Positions 1 to 7,593 of a stretch of DNA of 20,000 nucleotides are shown here, one piece after another (position 1 is the first letter of the stretch; each line of letters starts with the position of its first letter). A model generated the notes under the pieces. It saw nothing but the letters and a program-made list of their open reading frames with translations, did not search any database and was not told where the DNA came from. Both the position numbers and the translations under genes were made by a program. Location of the stretch: the sequence record SRR31156797_5308. One strand, given 5' to 3'.

Positions 1-506
1 AAAAGTAAAATCATCACGCCGGCTACTTTTGGTTGAATGAGGATCAACACACAGCACAAAAATAAAACGAAAAGCGGACGTTTCATTTCCTGCAAGGTAG
101 TTTTTGCTGATTGAAAGTAATGAGCAAGGTATAAGACCATGCCCACATTCACGATCTCTGAGGGCTGAAATTGTATCCCTACAATCGAGACCCATCGTTG
201 CGCTCCATTGACAGAAACACCGAAAAACGGCAAACGTGCCAATAGTAAAGTAAAGACGCCAAATGCCAACAGACCGATCGCTAAATATTTACTGAGCAGA
301 ATCTCACGCCGTGTTCGCTGAATAATGAAAAGGAGCACCCAGCTGAGTAACAGAAAGACAAGCTGACGCATAAATAAGCTTGCTGGCGGCTGATCTCTCG
401 TTAATAAACGATAAGAACTTGCACTATAAATCATTAAAAGACCGATAAGGCTCAATAGCAAATAAGCTATGATCAGCAGCCAATCGATCTTCTTTTTTTC
501 TATCAT
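1..506 (-). CDS. ftsW: FtsW/RodA/SpoVE (SEDS) family protein, 5' part; runs off the left edge of the window
   Basis: Not in the ORF track; translated by hand from the ATG at 506 (RBS GAGGAG ending at 520): MIEKKKIDWLLIIAYLLLSLIGLLMIYSASS...VNGAQRWVSIVGIQFQPSE...ILIQPK. It has the typical SEDS motifs (G.L.MIYSAS, NGA.RW, FQPSE). It is probably a secondary paralog. Confidence 0.9.
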   Translation of the reverse strand, partial: MIEKKKIDWLLIIAYLLLSLIGLLMIYSASSYRLLTRDQPPASLFMRQLVFLLLSWVLLFIIQRTRREILLSKYLAIGLLAFGVFTLLLARLPFFGVSVNGAQRWVSIVGIQFQPSEIVNVGMVLYLAHYFQSAKTTLQEMKRPLFVLFLCCVLILIQPKVAGVMILL

Positions 507-589
507 TGCTTCCACTCCTCTTGCCTTGGAGTAGGTGTTCAGACGGTACCAGTTATTATGCCCTTTGAGCTTAGTCATCCATCAAAGAG

Positions 590-630
590 AAAAGCAAAAA
601 AGTCTCACTTCTCTTAGGACGTCAGACTTT
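590..630 (-). terminator. Intrinsic terminator forming the expression platform of the M-box riboswitch
   Basis: Minus strand AAAGTCTgACgTC-ctaaga-GAaGTgAGACTTT followed by TTGCTTTT, located between the aptamer and the ftsW RBS. Confidence 0.7.
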
Positions 631-637
631 GCTAGCA

Positions 638-803
638 ATCTCATCGTCCGAGTTTTAGCACTATACAACGTAAAGAAAGTTGTTCCCTTTCTTAGCTATT
701 TTATGAAAAGCCTTAATCCGACAATTCCTGTTTTACACATTGGCGTCTTTCGACGTTTCTGCGCAATAGCTTATGTTTGTATAGGAGCCTCACCTAACAA
801 GGT
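638..803 (-). ncRNA. M-box (ykoK leader) Mg2+-sensing riboswitch
   Basis: Minus strand reads CCTTGTTAGGTGAGGCTCCT...AGAAACGTCGAAAGACGCCAATG...AACAG...TAAGG...TAGTGCTAAAACTCGGACGATGAG. This matches the conserved blocks of the B. subtilis mgtE M-box (GUUAGGUGAGGCUCCU, AAAGACGCCAAUG, AGUGCUAAA). Boundaries are approximate. Confidence 0.93.
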
Positions 804-829
804 TATATGTTATTTTCAATCCACTATGA

Positions 830-858
830 ATGGTACCCTTCCTCGTATAAAGATACAA
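830..858 (-). promoter_or_regulatory. Putative sigma-A promoter for the M-box/ftsW leader
   Basis: TTGTAT (858-853), 17 bp spacer, TACCAT (835-830), about 25 nt upstream of the aptamer. Confidence 0.55.
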
Positions 859-1012
859 CCCATTCTTTGTTATTTTTATTTTTCTTTAACTTTTCTTAAA
901 GAATTTAGATATTTCGAGTAATTTCCGATATTTAAAGAAAAATCAATGGAAATCATTCGACCATCACTGGATTCCCTTCGATCATACACGTTATTAAAAA
1001 ACGGTCATTTTC

Positions 1013-1053
1013 AAAAAAAGACAGCTCTTTTTCTAAAACTCGAAAAAGAGCTG
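1013..1053 (-). terminator. Rho-independent terminator downstream of the mutS2-like gene
   Basis: 12-bp inverted repeat CAGCTCTTTTTC/GAAAAAGAGCTG (1022-1053), with the A-run at 1013-1019 giving a U-tract on the minus strand. Confidence 0.8.
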
Positions 1054-1096
1054 CTTTCTTGATTTTATACTCCCGCTCTAAATATATCTGTGCCGA

Positions 1097-2992
1097 TCAA
1101 TCCAATGATCGTTTGGCCTGACGCTCTTGCGCTGCTTTTCGTAACTGCTTTTGCTCTTTTTTAGACCCACGTTCAATATCTCGGGTAAATTTACGTTGGG
1201 CAAAATCGGAAAATAATTGATCTAGATCATAGCCGGCTGGATAGAGTGCTTCTCGTTTGGTGAGCAGTTGCAATCGCCGAGCAGCAACAACGAAACATTG
1301 TTTCTCAATATAAATCTTCGCTTGTCCCTGTTCCAAGTATTCATAAAAAACTCCCCGTTTTTCATGCTCTGCTGAAAAGACCTGGTCTCCCTTTTGAAAA
1401 ATGTGCTCAGACTTTGTTTCCTGAGGATCGGTTCGTTTTCTGGATGTCTCAAAAGGCTGCTTCTCAAAAGAATAAGATTTATTCTTTAAATAGTCCTTTG
1501 CCGTTTGCACGACCTCAGCAGGAATCGCCATTTTTTCGGCGATCCAAAACGCATTACTTTCACCGACCGCATTGGTCAACAAGCGGTATTTCGGCGTCAG
1601 GGTCTTGGCATCAAAAGCCATCGCCGCTGTTTCAAAATCTTGGTGATCAAGAGCAAACTGCTTGATTTCACCATAATGAGTCGTGGCGATCATTAACGCC
1701 CCCGATCGATAGATCGATTCCATAATGGCGATCGCTAAAGCTGCCCCTTCATTTGGTTCAGTCCCGCTGCCAATTTCATCTAACAAAACGATACTGTTCC
1801 GGCTGGCATTCGTCATGATCTGTGCAATATTCGACATGTGTCCAGAAAAGGTACTTAAAGAATTTTCTAGACTTTGCTGATCCCCGATATCCATCCAAAG
1901 ACTTTTTAAAAACGGCACGCTGCTGTTGCCATTATGCGCTGGAAACAAGCCGTAATGTGCCATCGCACAAACGAGTCCGACGGTTTTTAAGACAACCGTC
2001 TTACCACCAGCATTCGGACCTGTGATGACCATACATCGGTTCTCTTCTCCTAGTTTTAAAGATAGAGGAACAGCATCAGTGCCCAGTAAAGGATGCCGGA
2101 CTTGATCAAGAAGCAAAACTTCTTCTTCAGTAATTGCTATCGGTTGACCATTGATTTCCCGACAATACTTTCCACGAGCAAAAATAATATCTAGTACCAC
2201 TAAAATATCAAGACAGGCAAATACTGCATTCATTTGTTCGGCGATTGCCCCGGTCAATTCTGATAAAACTTGGTATTGGGCGGCCGTTTCTTCCGCCTGT
2301 GCCAAAATCAATCGATCATTCAGACGGGCAGCTGCCTCTGGTTCAATAAAAACAGTCGCGCGTTTATTAGAACGTTCAATGATCGTCCCTTTAATTTGCT
2401 GTTGAAATTCAGCACGTACCGGCAGCGTATAACGGTCGTTCTTTTTGATCACACGGTTTTCTTGCAGATAGCGACTTTCTTTAAAAAACTTTGCAAAAAC
2501 TTTTTTTAAATCGGCCTCATATTTCTCGATTGTGCCACGAATTTTCCGTAATTCTCGGCTGGCGTTACTATCTACCTGACCATTGCGAATTTTTTGGAAA
2601 ATCATTTCGGCGATTTCAGAAAAGTCGGCCAACCCCTGAGCATAGTGATGCAATCTTGGGGCAATTGATTGATTTTTTTCAAACAATTGACGGATGATTC
2701 GAAAAGACCGTAAAAAGTCTCCGTATTCAATCAATTCCTGTGGCTCCAATACAAAGCCTTTTTCAATCTTCTCCGTATGATGTAAGACATGCTGCAGCCC
2801 CATGAAAGGGACTTGACGTCCGGCGTCTAATAGCGCCATCGCTTCAGTTGTCTCAGACACTCGTTTTTGGGCGGAATGGATCGTAGCTGCTGGTTTTTCA
2901 TTGGCAAAACGTGCTTTACCATAATCGCTGATTATTTTTTTACTTACTTGTTCTTTAATTTGTTCAAATTCAGTTGCTTGAGGTATCTTCAT
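1097..2992 (-). CDS. MutS2-family ATPase, short paralog (631 aa) lacking the long coiled-coil and Smr domain
   Basis: MutS2-type N-terminal region, Walker A GPNAGGKT, QSLENSLSTFS, Walker B VLLDEIGSGT, ATTHY. A C-terminal KOW-like segment (FQKGDQV) is followed by a basic tail. Start reassigned to the ATG at 2992 (MKIPQ) because of RBS AGAAAGGA and because the 3052 start lies at the leader terminator. Confidence 0.9.
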   Translation of the reverse strand: MKIPQATEFEQIKEQVSKKIISDYGKARFANEKPAATIHSAQKRVSETTEAMALLDAGRQVPFMGLQHVLHHTEKIEKGFVLEPQELIEYGDFLRSFRIIRQLFEKNQSIAPRLHHYAQGLADFSEIAEMIFQKIRNGQVDSNASRELRKIRGTIEKYEADLKKVFAKFFKESRYLQENRVIKKNDRYTLPVRAEFQQQIKGTIIERSNKRATVFIEPEAAARLNDRLILAQAEETAAQYQVLSELTGAIAEQMNAVFACLDILVVLDIIFARGKYCREINGQPIAITEEEVLLLDQVRHPLLGTDAVPLSLKLGEENRCMVITGPNAGGKTVVLKTVGLVCAMAHYGLFPAHNGNSSVPFLKSLWMDIGDQQSLENSLSTFSGHMSNIAQIMTNASRNSIVLLDEIGSGTEPNEGAALAIAIMESIYRSGALMIATTHYGEIKQFALDHQDFETAAMAFDAKTLTPKYRLLTNAVGESNAFWIAEKMAIPAEVVQTAKDYLKNKSYSFEKQPFETSRKRTDPQETKSEHIFQKGDQVFSAEHEKRGVFYEYLEQGQAKIYIEKQCFVVAARRLQLLTKREALYPAGYDLDQLFSDFAQRKFTRDIERGSKKEQKQLRKAAQERQAKRSLD

Positions 2993-3050
2993 GAGTGATC
3001 CTTTCTTGTGCCTGAGGATCCCGGTAACATCCCCGTCCAAAAAAGTGTAC

Positions 3051-3077
3051 AAAAAAAGCGATAGTCTCCCATCACCT
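3051..3077 (-). terminator. Attenuator terminator in the 5' leader of the mutS2-like gene
   Basis: AGGTGATGG-GAGA-CTATCGCTT-TTTTT: a 9-bp stem with G-U pairs, a GNRA tetraloop and a U7 tract, between the promoter and the start codon. Confidence 0.75.
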
Positions 3078-3161
3078 GATTCATCAATAACGATTTTTAT
3101 CGGTATCTACAGGCACAACAAATAAACAGTCTGTTTTTGCTTATTTGTTTTAATTAGCTGA

Positions 3162-3182
3162 TTAGATACCTACGACACTCAT
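3162..3182 (-). CDS. Leader peptide uORF (MSVVGI)
   Basis: ATG AGT GTC GTA GGT ATC TAA, preceded by RBS AAAGAGGT at 6-nt spacing. Its 3' half is one arm of an inverted repeat in the leader. Confidence 0.6.
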   Translation of the reverse strand: MSVVGI

Positions 3183-3218
3183 TAATATACCTCTTTCTTT
3201 TTTGAACGAGTTTTTTTC

Positions 3219-3248
3219 ATTGTAATATAGAAACTGTCCTTCTGTCAA
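3219..3248 (-). promoter_or_regulatory. Sigma-A promoter of the mutS2-like leader
   Basis: TTGACA (3248-3243), 18 bp spacer, TACAAT (3224-3219), immediately after the ahpF terminator. Confidence 0.7.
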
Positions 3249-3272
3249 CTTCCCTCAAATCTCCTTCCCCTC

Positions 3273-3317
3273 AAAGAAAAAACGTCTCAGAAGCTGCTAG
3301 AAGCTCCTGAGACGTTT
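3273..3317 (-). terminator. Rho-independent terminator of ahpCF
   Basis: Inverted repeat AAACGTCTCAG/CTGAGACGTTT with an A-rich run on the left (U-tract on the minus strand). Confidence 0.8.
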
Positions 3318-3351
3318 CTGATCTAGATCAAATAATAAGCTACTTACCTAC

Positions 3352-4881
3352 TTACGAGCGAATCAGGTAATCAAACGCACCTAACGCAGCAGTAGCACCT
3401 GAACCCATTGAAGTGATGATCTGTTTGTATACACTATCGGTACAATCTCCCGCTGCAAAGACGCCTTCAATGTTGGTTGCTCCATGTTTGTCTACCACGA
3501 TCTCATTACGCTCGTTTAAAACTATGCGGTCTTTTAACCATTCAGTATTCGGCATTAAGCCAATCAAAATGAAGACACCCTCCACAGCTAATGTGAATTC
3601 GCCATTCGTTTCGCGATCAACGTAGGTCAATTGTTCGACATGATCGGATCCAGCAATTTCCTTCGTTGCGGCATTCGTAATAACAGTCACATTTTCTAAC
3701 GTGTTCAAACGGTTTTGTAGCACAAGGTCCGCTTTTAGTTCTGGTAAAAATTCAAGAACGTAGACATGTTTTGCCATGCCAGCTAAATCGATCGCTGCTT
3801 CGATCCCAGAGTTTCCGCCGCCAATGACAGCAACCTCTTTCCCAGCAAATAACGGGCCGTCACAATGTGGACAATAGGCAACACCTTTATTTTTGAATTC
3901 TTTTTCTCCCGGAACATTGATGTTGCGCCAGCGAGCACCGGTTGCTAAAATAGCCGTTTTGGTTTTTAATACTGCGCCATTTTCTAATTCAACTTCGATG
4001 ACATCATTGCGACGAATATCCTTGGCACGCTGCCCTTTCATGACATCGACTTTATATTCGTTGATGTGCTCTTCTACCTGACGCATTAATTTTGGTCCTT
4101 CGGTATAAGGAGTACCGATCATGTTTTCGATACCAAGGGTTTCCATCACTTGGCCACCCATTGTTTCGACAACCATCCCAGTATTGATACCTTTACGCGC
4201 CGCATAAATCGCTGCACTTCCACCTGCAGGTCCGCCACCGACGACCAAAACATCGAAAAGCTCTTTTTCAGCAAAATCATCTTTACTCGTTGGACCAGCT
4301 GCTTTTTCCAATAATTGTTCGATCGTTTGACGGCCGCTTGCAAATTCTTCCCCATCTAGAAAGACTGTTGGCACAGCCATAATTTTTTTCTTGTCAATTT
4401 CTTCTTTGAACATCCCACCTTCGATCATGGTGTGGCTGATGGAAGGATTTAGCACTGCCATGATATTTAACGCTTGAACAACATCAGGACAGTTATGGCA
4501 GGTCAAACTGACATAGGTTTCAAAATGTAATGGCTTATCGATCGCTTTGATACGCTTTTGTAGTGCTTCGTCAATTTTCGGCGGACGACCGCTTACTTGA
4601 AGCAACGCTAAAATAAATGAAGTGAACTCATGTCCTAACGGTAAACCAGCAAAAGCGATGCCGCTTTCTTCACCGGGACGATTGATCGAAAAGCTTGGTG
4701 TCCGTTCACTTGCTACAGCTTGAATCGTGATTTTTGACGACATTTCTGCGATTTCTTCTAAGAATTCACGTACTTTCGTTGAAGAATCATCCTCACCTAA
4801 AGTCGCCGCAAAAACAACCTCTGATTCTAGCATCGCTAGATATTGCGTCAGTTGGTCTTTGATTGCCTTATCTAATGCCAT
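3352..4881 (-). CDS. ahpF: Alkyl hydroperoxide reductase subunit F
   Basis: 509 aa. N-terminal thioredoxin-like domain with CHNC, LPLGHEFTS, FAD motif GGGPAG, CPHCDG redox centre, NADH motif GGGNSG. Directly follows ahpC. Confidence 0.97.
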   Translation of the reverse strand: MALDKAIKDQLTQYLAMLESEVVFAATLGEDDSSTKVREFLEEIAEMSSKITIQAVASERTPSFSINRPGEESGIAFAGLPLGHEFTSFILALLQVSGRPPKIDEALQKRIKAIDKPLHFETYVSLTCHNCPDVVQALNIMAVLNPSISHTMIEGGMFKEEIDKKKIMAVPTVFLDGEEFASGRQTIEQLLEKAAGPTSKDDFAEKELFDVLVVGGGPAGGSAAIYAARKGINTGMVVETMGGQVMETLGIENMIGTPYTEGPKLMRQVEEHINEYKVDVMKGQRAKDIRRNDVIEVELENGAVLKTKTAILATGARWRNINVPGEKEFKNKGVAYCPHCDGPLFAGKEVAVIGGGNSGIEAAIDLAGMAKHVYVLEFLPELKADLVLQNRLNTLENVTVITNAATKEIAGSDHVEQLTYVDRETNGEFTLAVEGVFILIGLMPNTEWLKDRIVLNERNEIVVDKHGATNIEGVFAAGDCTDSVYKQIITSMGSGATAALGAFDYLIRS

Positions 4882-4890
4882 GAGCGCCTC

Positions 4891-5454
4891 CTAAATCTTG
4901 CCTACAAGGTCTAAGCTTGGCGTTAAAGTTTCTTCGCCTTCTTTCCATTTTGCAGGACATACTTCACCTGGATGGGTACGGACATATTGTGCGGCACGGA
5001 TTTTATCGATCAAACCACTAGCATCACGACCGATACCATCCGCATTGATTTCAACCGTTTGTACCACACCATCCGGATCGATGATAAATGTACCACGTTG
5101 AGACAAACCTGATGCTTCGTCTAATACATCAAAGATTTCTGAGATCACATGAGAAGGATCAGCAATCATGATATATTCGATTTTATTGATTGCATCAGAG
5201 TGGTCATGCCACGCTTTATGTGTGTAGTGGGTATCAGTTGATACAGAATAAACTTCTGCGCCTAATTCTTTTAATGATGCATATTGGTCTTGCAAATCCT
5301 CAAGTTCTGTCGGACAAACAAATGAGAAATCTGCAGGATAAAAACAAACAACGTTCCATTTTCCTTTAAAATCTTCTGATGAAACATCGATAAATTTTCC
5401 ATTGTGGTAAGCTTTCGCTTCGAATGAACCAATCTCTTTTCCAATTAATGACAT
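4891..5454 (-). CDS. ahpC: Alkyl hydroperoxide reductase subunit C (typical 2-Cys peroxiredoxin)
   Basis: 187 aa. [13 protein letters not shown] peroxidatic motif, GEVCPAKW resolving motif, LDLVGKI C-terminus. RBS GGAGG. Confidence 0.98.
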   Translation of the reverse strand: MSLIGKEIGSFEAKAYHNGKFIDVSSEDFKGKWNVVCFYPADFSFVCPTELEDLQDQYASLKELGAEVYSVSTDTHYTHKAWHDHSDAINKIEYIMIADPSHVISEIFDVLDEASGLSQRGTFIIDPDGVVQTVEINADGIGRDASGLIDKIRAAQYVRTHPGEVCPAKWKEGEETLTPSLDLVGKI

Positions 5455-5468
5455 ATCATTTCCTCCAA

Positions 5469-5497
5469 TTAGAATAATTATTTGAGAATAATCTCTA
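5469..5497. promoter_or_regulatory. Putative PerR/Fur-family operator(s) upstream of ahpC
   Basis: TTAGAATAATTATTT (5469-5483) and TGAGAATAATCTCTA (5483-5497) resemble 7-1-7 Per/Fur boxes (TTATAATnATTATAA), next to the RBS. Confidence 0.5.
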
Positions 5498-5696
5498 TTA
5501 ATTATTAGTATATCTAACTACAAAATGCAATAGTTTATTCAGAAATAGTCAAAAAAAATGTTATCATCCTCAGAAATGAGCATATTTATTTTTTATCGAA
5601 AGCAAATGGAGTATAGTAATAAGTTTGACTAATCATTTCTAAGCAAAGTTCCTACCTGTTAGATTCTCAATTACATCTCCTATTCTCAATTAAACA

Positions 5697-5762
5697 AAAA
5701 AAGATTGCCTCTTCCTATGATTCCTCGCAAAGTAAGGTGAGTCATAGAAAAAGACAATTTTT
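5697..5762 (-). terminator. Long imperfect hairpin terminator after the small ORF
   Basis: AAAAAAGATTGCCTCTTCCTATGATTC...GAGTCATAGAAAAAGACAATTTTT, abutting the stop codon at 5763. Confidence 0.55.
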
Positions 5763-5972
5763 TTATTTAGTATTGAAATAGTTGAACAATCCACCGATCG
5801 TTCGCTCCTTCAACGTGATCCGCTTGCCGTCTAGAAAAACTTCTTCGACTGGGTAATGGTCTTGAAAAGGTGGGACTTCCAAGTATTGGCTCGCAAGAAA
5901 GCGCTCCGGGGATTCAACTGTTGTTACTTCTTTGCTGCCATTTTTCAGATAATGAATTTCTAACATATCCAT
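5763..5972 (-). CDS. Small hypothetical protein, DUF4649-like
   Basis: 69 aa with RBS AAGAGG and an upstream promoter. The pattern (LEIHY...ES.E.FL.SQ...D.YPV..V..DG..I...TIG.LF.Y) resembles DUF4649 proteins from memory. Confidence 0.7.
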   Translation of the reverse strand: MDMLEIHYLKNGSKEVTTVESPERFLASQYLEVPPFQDHYPVEEVFLDGKRITLKERTIGGLFNYFNTK

Positions 5973-6064
5973 TGCCTCTTTTCTTGTATTCTGAACTTTT
6001 AAAAAAGCAATGAGAACATCTCATTTCTCGCCGTTCTTTTTTGCTTAATTCAGTTACAAGGCGT

Positions 6065-6093
6065 ATTATAGTCTTCCTTTTTTTAAAAGTAAA
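6065..6093 (-). promoter_or_regulatory. Putative sigma-A promoter for the small ORF
   Basis: TTTACT, 17 bp spacer, TATAAT. Confidence 0.55.
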
Positions 6094-6119
6094 GAAAGCA
6101 CTCTCGGTTGAAATGTCTC

Positions 6120-7079
6120 TTATTTTTTGGCTTTTGTCTGACCGATAAAGTAGTCTTCTAAAACACCACCAATAACAAAAAGGACCCAAGAGTAAGCCCA
6201 GGCATGAAACATGAAGGACCAAAGCATGTAAACGACCAAAATCACTGGCCAGTAGACTGTTCGAAAAAAGGTAACTCTACCAGCGGATTCGCCATATTTA
6301 TGACGTGTTGCTCGATCACCAAGATTCTCTTCGTCACGAATAAAATACGTCTCAGTTGCCAGCTTCGCAAAGCCTGTACGAATAATACTTACATAAATAA
6401 TAAAGAACACACCCACTGCAACTGTCAAGAAAAACAAGGAAATACCAAACTCAACAGAATAATAAAACAATTCACTTAAAAGTACAGGCGCAATTGATAA
6501 AATACAGGCACCAATTCCTAAAACAAGACCAATACGAAAACTTTTTTCATAATTTGCTAGTTGCTGAGCGGCTTCTCGTTTGGCATCCCTTTTGATTGGT
6601 CGATCATCTAACTGCTTACGAGCACCGGAAAAGTGCAAACTGCTAGAGATGATAAAACCAACCCCGATGGCGATGAAAAGAAACATCACCATTATTCCAA
6701 AGGTCTCAGCATAAACACTAACAAAGAGCATTAGGGCTGCTAGGGAGGCGATACAAAAGCCGATTCCTATCGACAACGAAAAAGCAAAGTGCCGCACAGT
6801 TCCCCAATAATCAAACGCATCGTCTTCTGTGATGGCATCGGACCAATCATCAATCGGCTCTTCTTCTTTTGAAACATCTAACTCTTGCAGCAGTTCATCC
6901 ACCGAACCAAACTCGCTGATCACCGCACCGATGGCTTCATGCTCACTTTTCCCTTGGTGAATCAGTTCCAAGTAATGGTCTTCCATAATCGCTAAAAGAT
7001 CTTCTTTTGCCTTCTTCGTTTCCGGTGTGATGGGTACTGATAAAAATAAGCTGTCTAGATAGTCATGAATGGTTTTCAT
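6120..7079 (-). CDS. Membrane protein with an N-terminal 'permease prefix domain 1' (HAAS-like), PadR-associated
   Basis: N-terminus ..YLDSLF...KEDLLAIMEDHY.EL...GKSEHEAIG.VISEFGSVDEL, followed by about 6 hydrophobic segments. ATGA overlap with padR. Confidence 0.8.
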   Translation of the reverse strand: MKTIHDYLDSLFLSVPITPETKKAKEDLLAIMEDHYLELIHQGKSEHEAIGAVISEFGSVDELLQELDVSKEEEPIDDWSDAITEDDAFDYWGTVRHFAFSLSIGIGFCIASLAALMLFVSVYAETFGIMVMFLFIAIGVGFIISSSLHFSGARKQLDDRPIKRDAKREAAQQLANYEKSFRIGLVLGIGACILSIAPVLLSELFYYSVEFGISLFFLTVAVGVFFIIYVSIIRTGFAKLATETYFIRDEENLGDRATRHKYGESAGRVTFFRTVYWPVILVVYMLWSFMFHAWAYSWVLFVIGGVLEDYFIGQTKAKK

Positions 7080-7408
7080 TTGTCTCCTCCTTGTAAGAAC
7101 TGGTCAACGACGATCTTCGTCTGCTGCCACTCCAATAGTTTCTCCGAAAGGCTTGCTTTTCCGTCTGCAGTTATCTGGTAATAGGTCCGCTTTTTGCCAT
7201 GTGTCACTTCTCCGGGATACGAACGGATCAATCCTTGTTTTTCTAACCGAGTAAAAGCGGAATACAACGTCGTTTCTTTGATCACATATAAAGCATCTGT
7301 TCCTTCACGAATACGCTTGGATATTTCATATCCATAAGAGTCTTCTTTCGAAAGAATGGATAAAATGATTGCGTCGTTATAGCCGCGAATTCCGTCACTC
7401 GAGATCAC
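7076..7408 (-). CDS. PadR family transcriptional regulator (short subfamily)
   Basis: 110 aa with SYGYEI, ETTLYSAFTRLEKQGLI, KKRTYYQITADG. GTG start with RBS AGGAGG. Confidence 0.93.
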   Translation of the reverse strand: MISSDGIRGYNDAIILSILSKEDSYGYEISKRIREGTDALYVIKETTLYSAFTRLEKQGLIRSYPGEVTHGKKRTYYQITADGKASLSEKLLEWQQTKIVVDQFLQGGDK

Positions 7409-7424
7409 GCAATCGCCTCCTAAA

Positions 7425-7477
7425 TTACTTCATCTGTCGTACTAATTATAAATCAATTACTACGACAGGTAAAGTAA
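7425..7477 (-). promoter_or_regulatory. padR promoter embedded in an inverted repeat (probable autoregulatory operator)
   Basis: TTACTTCATCTGTCGTA...TACGACAGGTAAAGTAA inverted repeat overlapping -35 TTTACC (7473-7468), 17 bp spacer, -10 TATAAT (7450-7445). Confidence 0.65.
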
Positions 7478-7526
7478 AGCTGGATAACTTGTCAAAAATC
7501 AGTCGCAGGTCCTAGAAACAGTTCGA

Positions 7527-7566
7527 ATAAAAAGACACGCTTTCTCAGTAAACTGATAAGCGTGTC
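7527..7566 (-). terminator. Terminator of the iron ABC operon
   Basis: GACACGCTT-tctcagtaaactgat-AAGCGTGTC with an A-run on the left side. Confidence 0.75.
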
Positions 7567-7593
7567 CCTTATTACTTAATTTTTTTCACCTAT

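Noticed and set aside
507-578. In-frame upstream ATG extending ftsW by 24 aa
   Set aside because: No good RBS. The ATG at 506 has GAGGAG and gives a typical SEDS N-terminus.
535-921. 128-aa plus-strand ORF
   Set aside because: Antisense to the M-box riboswitch, its terminator and promoter, with no recognisable protein features.
2993-3052. 20-aa N-terminal extension of the MutS2-like ORF in the track
   Set aside because: It starts at the U-tract of the leader terminator without an RBS. The ATG at 2992 has a proper RBS.
3182-3220. Second uORF MKKTRSKKKEVY overlapping the leader peptide start (TAATG)
   Set aside because: Its ATG overlaps the predicted -10 box, so it would lie upstream of the transcription start, and it has no RBS.
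5914-6222. 102-aa minus-strand ORF bridging two genes
   Set aside because: It overlaps two better-supported CDSs in other frames and spans a promoter region.
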